Of a stretch of DNA of 64,000 bases, positions 62,480 through 64,000 are shown piece by piece. The stretch comes from Ostrea edulis (Eukaryota): NCBI RefSeq assembly GCF_947568905.1, contig NC_079164.1:91574001-91638000 (forward strand), read 5' to 3'. The stretch's first letter is position 1. Each line of letters begins with the position of its first letter. A program made the position numbers and the translations under genes. Under the pieces are notes generated by a model. The model was not told the origin of the DNA. It ran no database searches and saw only the letters and a list, made by a program, of their open reading frames with translations.

Positions 62480-62866
62480 ATGATTTAAAATGATTCAAAC
62501 TTCCATTTTTGCTCTTTATGTAATTGAATAGATTAGGAATTGTCTGCATATTTTGGAAGATCATAAACATGTGCACAAAAGACTCCATATGGAAACTTAA
62601 ATGCAAATTTGAGACTCCCTGTATGAGCTATGATACTCCGATGACTGTTAAGGCTTGTGGGTCCTCTTATTTAAATTGTGAGAATTGCTTTAGAACAGAA
62701 AAAGTATTTTCTCTCGGGTGAGAAGTCCTCACAAATTTTTTTAGGTGTGGTTGTATGATATATATTTAGTTTCTTCTATTGCAGGTTTTCGTAGAAAATG
62801 AACTAAGAATTTAAAAGAGACCCCTTTCACATCTCCTGATAAATTTCGGAATTAGACATAGCAAAA

Positions 62867-63162
62867 ATGGTTTTATCCCAAAGACAAAAGGATGAATTGT
62901 AAGTACAGCACTAGAGGGTTATTGTATAAAAACACATTAAAGATGTTCCTTTGGCTCTAACATTTAACAAATTTTTATTTTGAATACTGTAATACATTTT
63001 TGTCGAAACAAATCATCAAGACAATCAGCAAATTAAATGCTTTCACAATATGAAAGGAGAATAATTTTTTCTTCTGTACACAGAAACCGAGCTATTGCGG
63101 ATTACCTTAGCTCCAGTGGATACCTTACAGCACTAAGTGAATTTCAAAAAGAGGCTAGTTTG
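62867..63162 (+). CDS. PAFAH1B1: Lissencephaly-1 homolog (LIS1), first two coding exons (LisH motif); gene continues beyond the window
   Basis: Coding exons 62867-62898 and 63084-63162 give [37 protein letters not shown], close to the human LIS1 N-terminus [19 protein letters not shown]. Acceptor at 62784; donors at 62899 and 63163. Confidence 0.95.
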
Positions 63163-64000
63163 GTAAGTTCTAATGCCAGAGTCATTTGATTTGGTTAAGT
63201 TTTAATATGATTGATTTGATTTGAACATATTTTATTGTATAAGTGCATATTAATTTATACCAACATTTTGAACACAAGTTCTTTCAACGTAGGTGGTTCT
63301 CACCTTGTTAAGATTTGAATCTTTCAAAAAAAAAATATTATTTTATTATTGTCGTTATTCCCGCCTTTAATATGGAAAACCTTGATTGTGTTAAGTCTAA
63401 AATATAAAAGACTCCTACGTTTTTCAATTCTAGTTTGAGAATTGCGGGTAAATAATTGAGATGTGATTTATGGAAATGATTGTGTAGGAATGATTTAATC
63501 CATTGCTCTTTGGTTGAGATAAATTTGTAAGCTTTTTTTCTTTCTTTCATTAGTGCTCGGGGCCATTATAGTAGTTATTATTGCGATATATTGCCTTTTT
63601 CAAATTCCATATAAATAACAAGACTTTGACCAATTATTGAATAAAACCTTAACTTGAGTCTTGAAATAATTTTATTGAGTACTTGCTTGGTAAAACCAAA
63701 AACAACAGCAAAGCAAAATTTAATAGCAAAGCAATGTACTGATTTAGTCCAACTAGAATCACTAGATAATGGTAGAATGTTTCTTTTTCATATGTTACTA
63801 ACTGATGTGTTTTCGATGAATGTTCCATCGTTTTTCTTACAAATTCCAAAATGTTTCCATATTTCTGATTTTGCTTTCTAATTTTTTACAACTTTGTATG
63901 CGGTGTCCACAGTTGAACAGGAAGTTGATTGTCTAAATGTTAAAAATGGCTAAATCCTGAATAGTGCAAGAAAAAAAATCCATATATTTATATTGTATTT

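Overview
Eukaryotic, AT-rich, intron-containing animal DNA, most likely from an ostreid oyster. This is inferred from the 166-bp HindIII/Cg170-type satellite inside Helentron-like elements and from the SINE and Penelope-like repeat content. I reconstructed six spliced genes by hand from GT-AG sites and frame continuity. (1) A 189-aa secreted Cys-rich protein (+, 4211-12468) that joins two cvSI/I84-like 6-Cys repeats, a Thr-rich linker and a 10-Cys Ly6/three-finger-like domain. (2, 3) Two tandem 7-exon Hillarin/LTD-1-like genes (+, 13023-21451 and 23864-32554) encoding LIM, coiled-coil and a transglutaminase-like domain whose catalytic triad appears lost. (4) An AADAC/NCEH1-family esterase (-, 37070-32845). 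(5) POLD4/p12 (-, 58763-49259). (6) The 5' end of LIS1/PAFAH1B1 (+, ATG 62867), head-to-head with POLD4. The ORF track misses POLD4 and LIS1 entirely. Introns and intergenic DNA hold nested Penelope-like fragments, Helentron-type satellite carriers, SINEs, MITEs and young minisatellites. There is no CRISPR array or prokaryotic system. The most notable observations are the I84-like/Ly6-like fusion, tandem repeats that multiply real splice donors in two genes, a minisatellite born from RT codons, an 8-fold amplified tRNA-like head inside a TTAA MITE, and an unidentified decayed reading frame in POLD4 intron 1.
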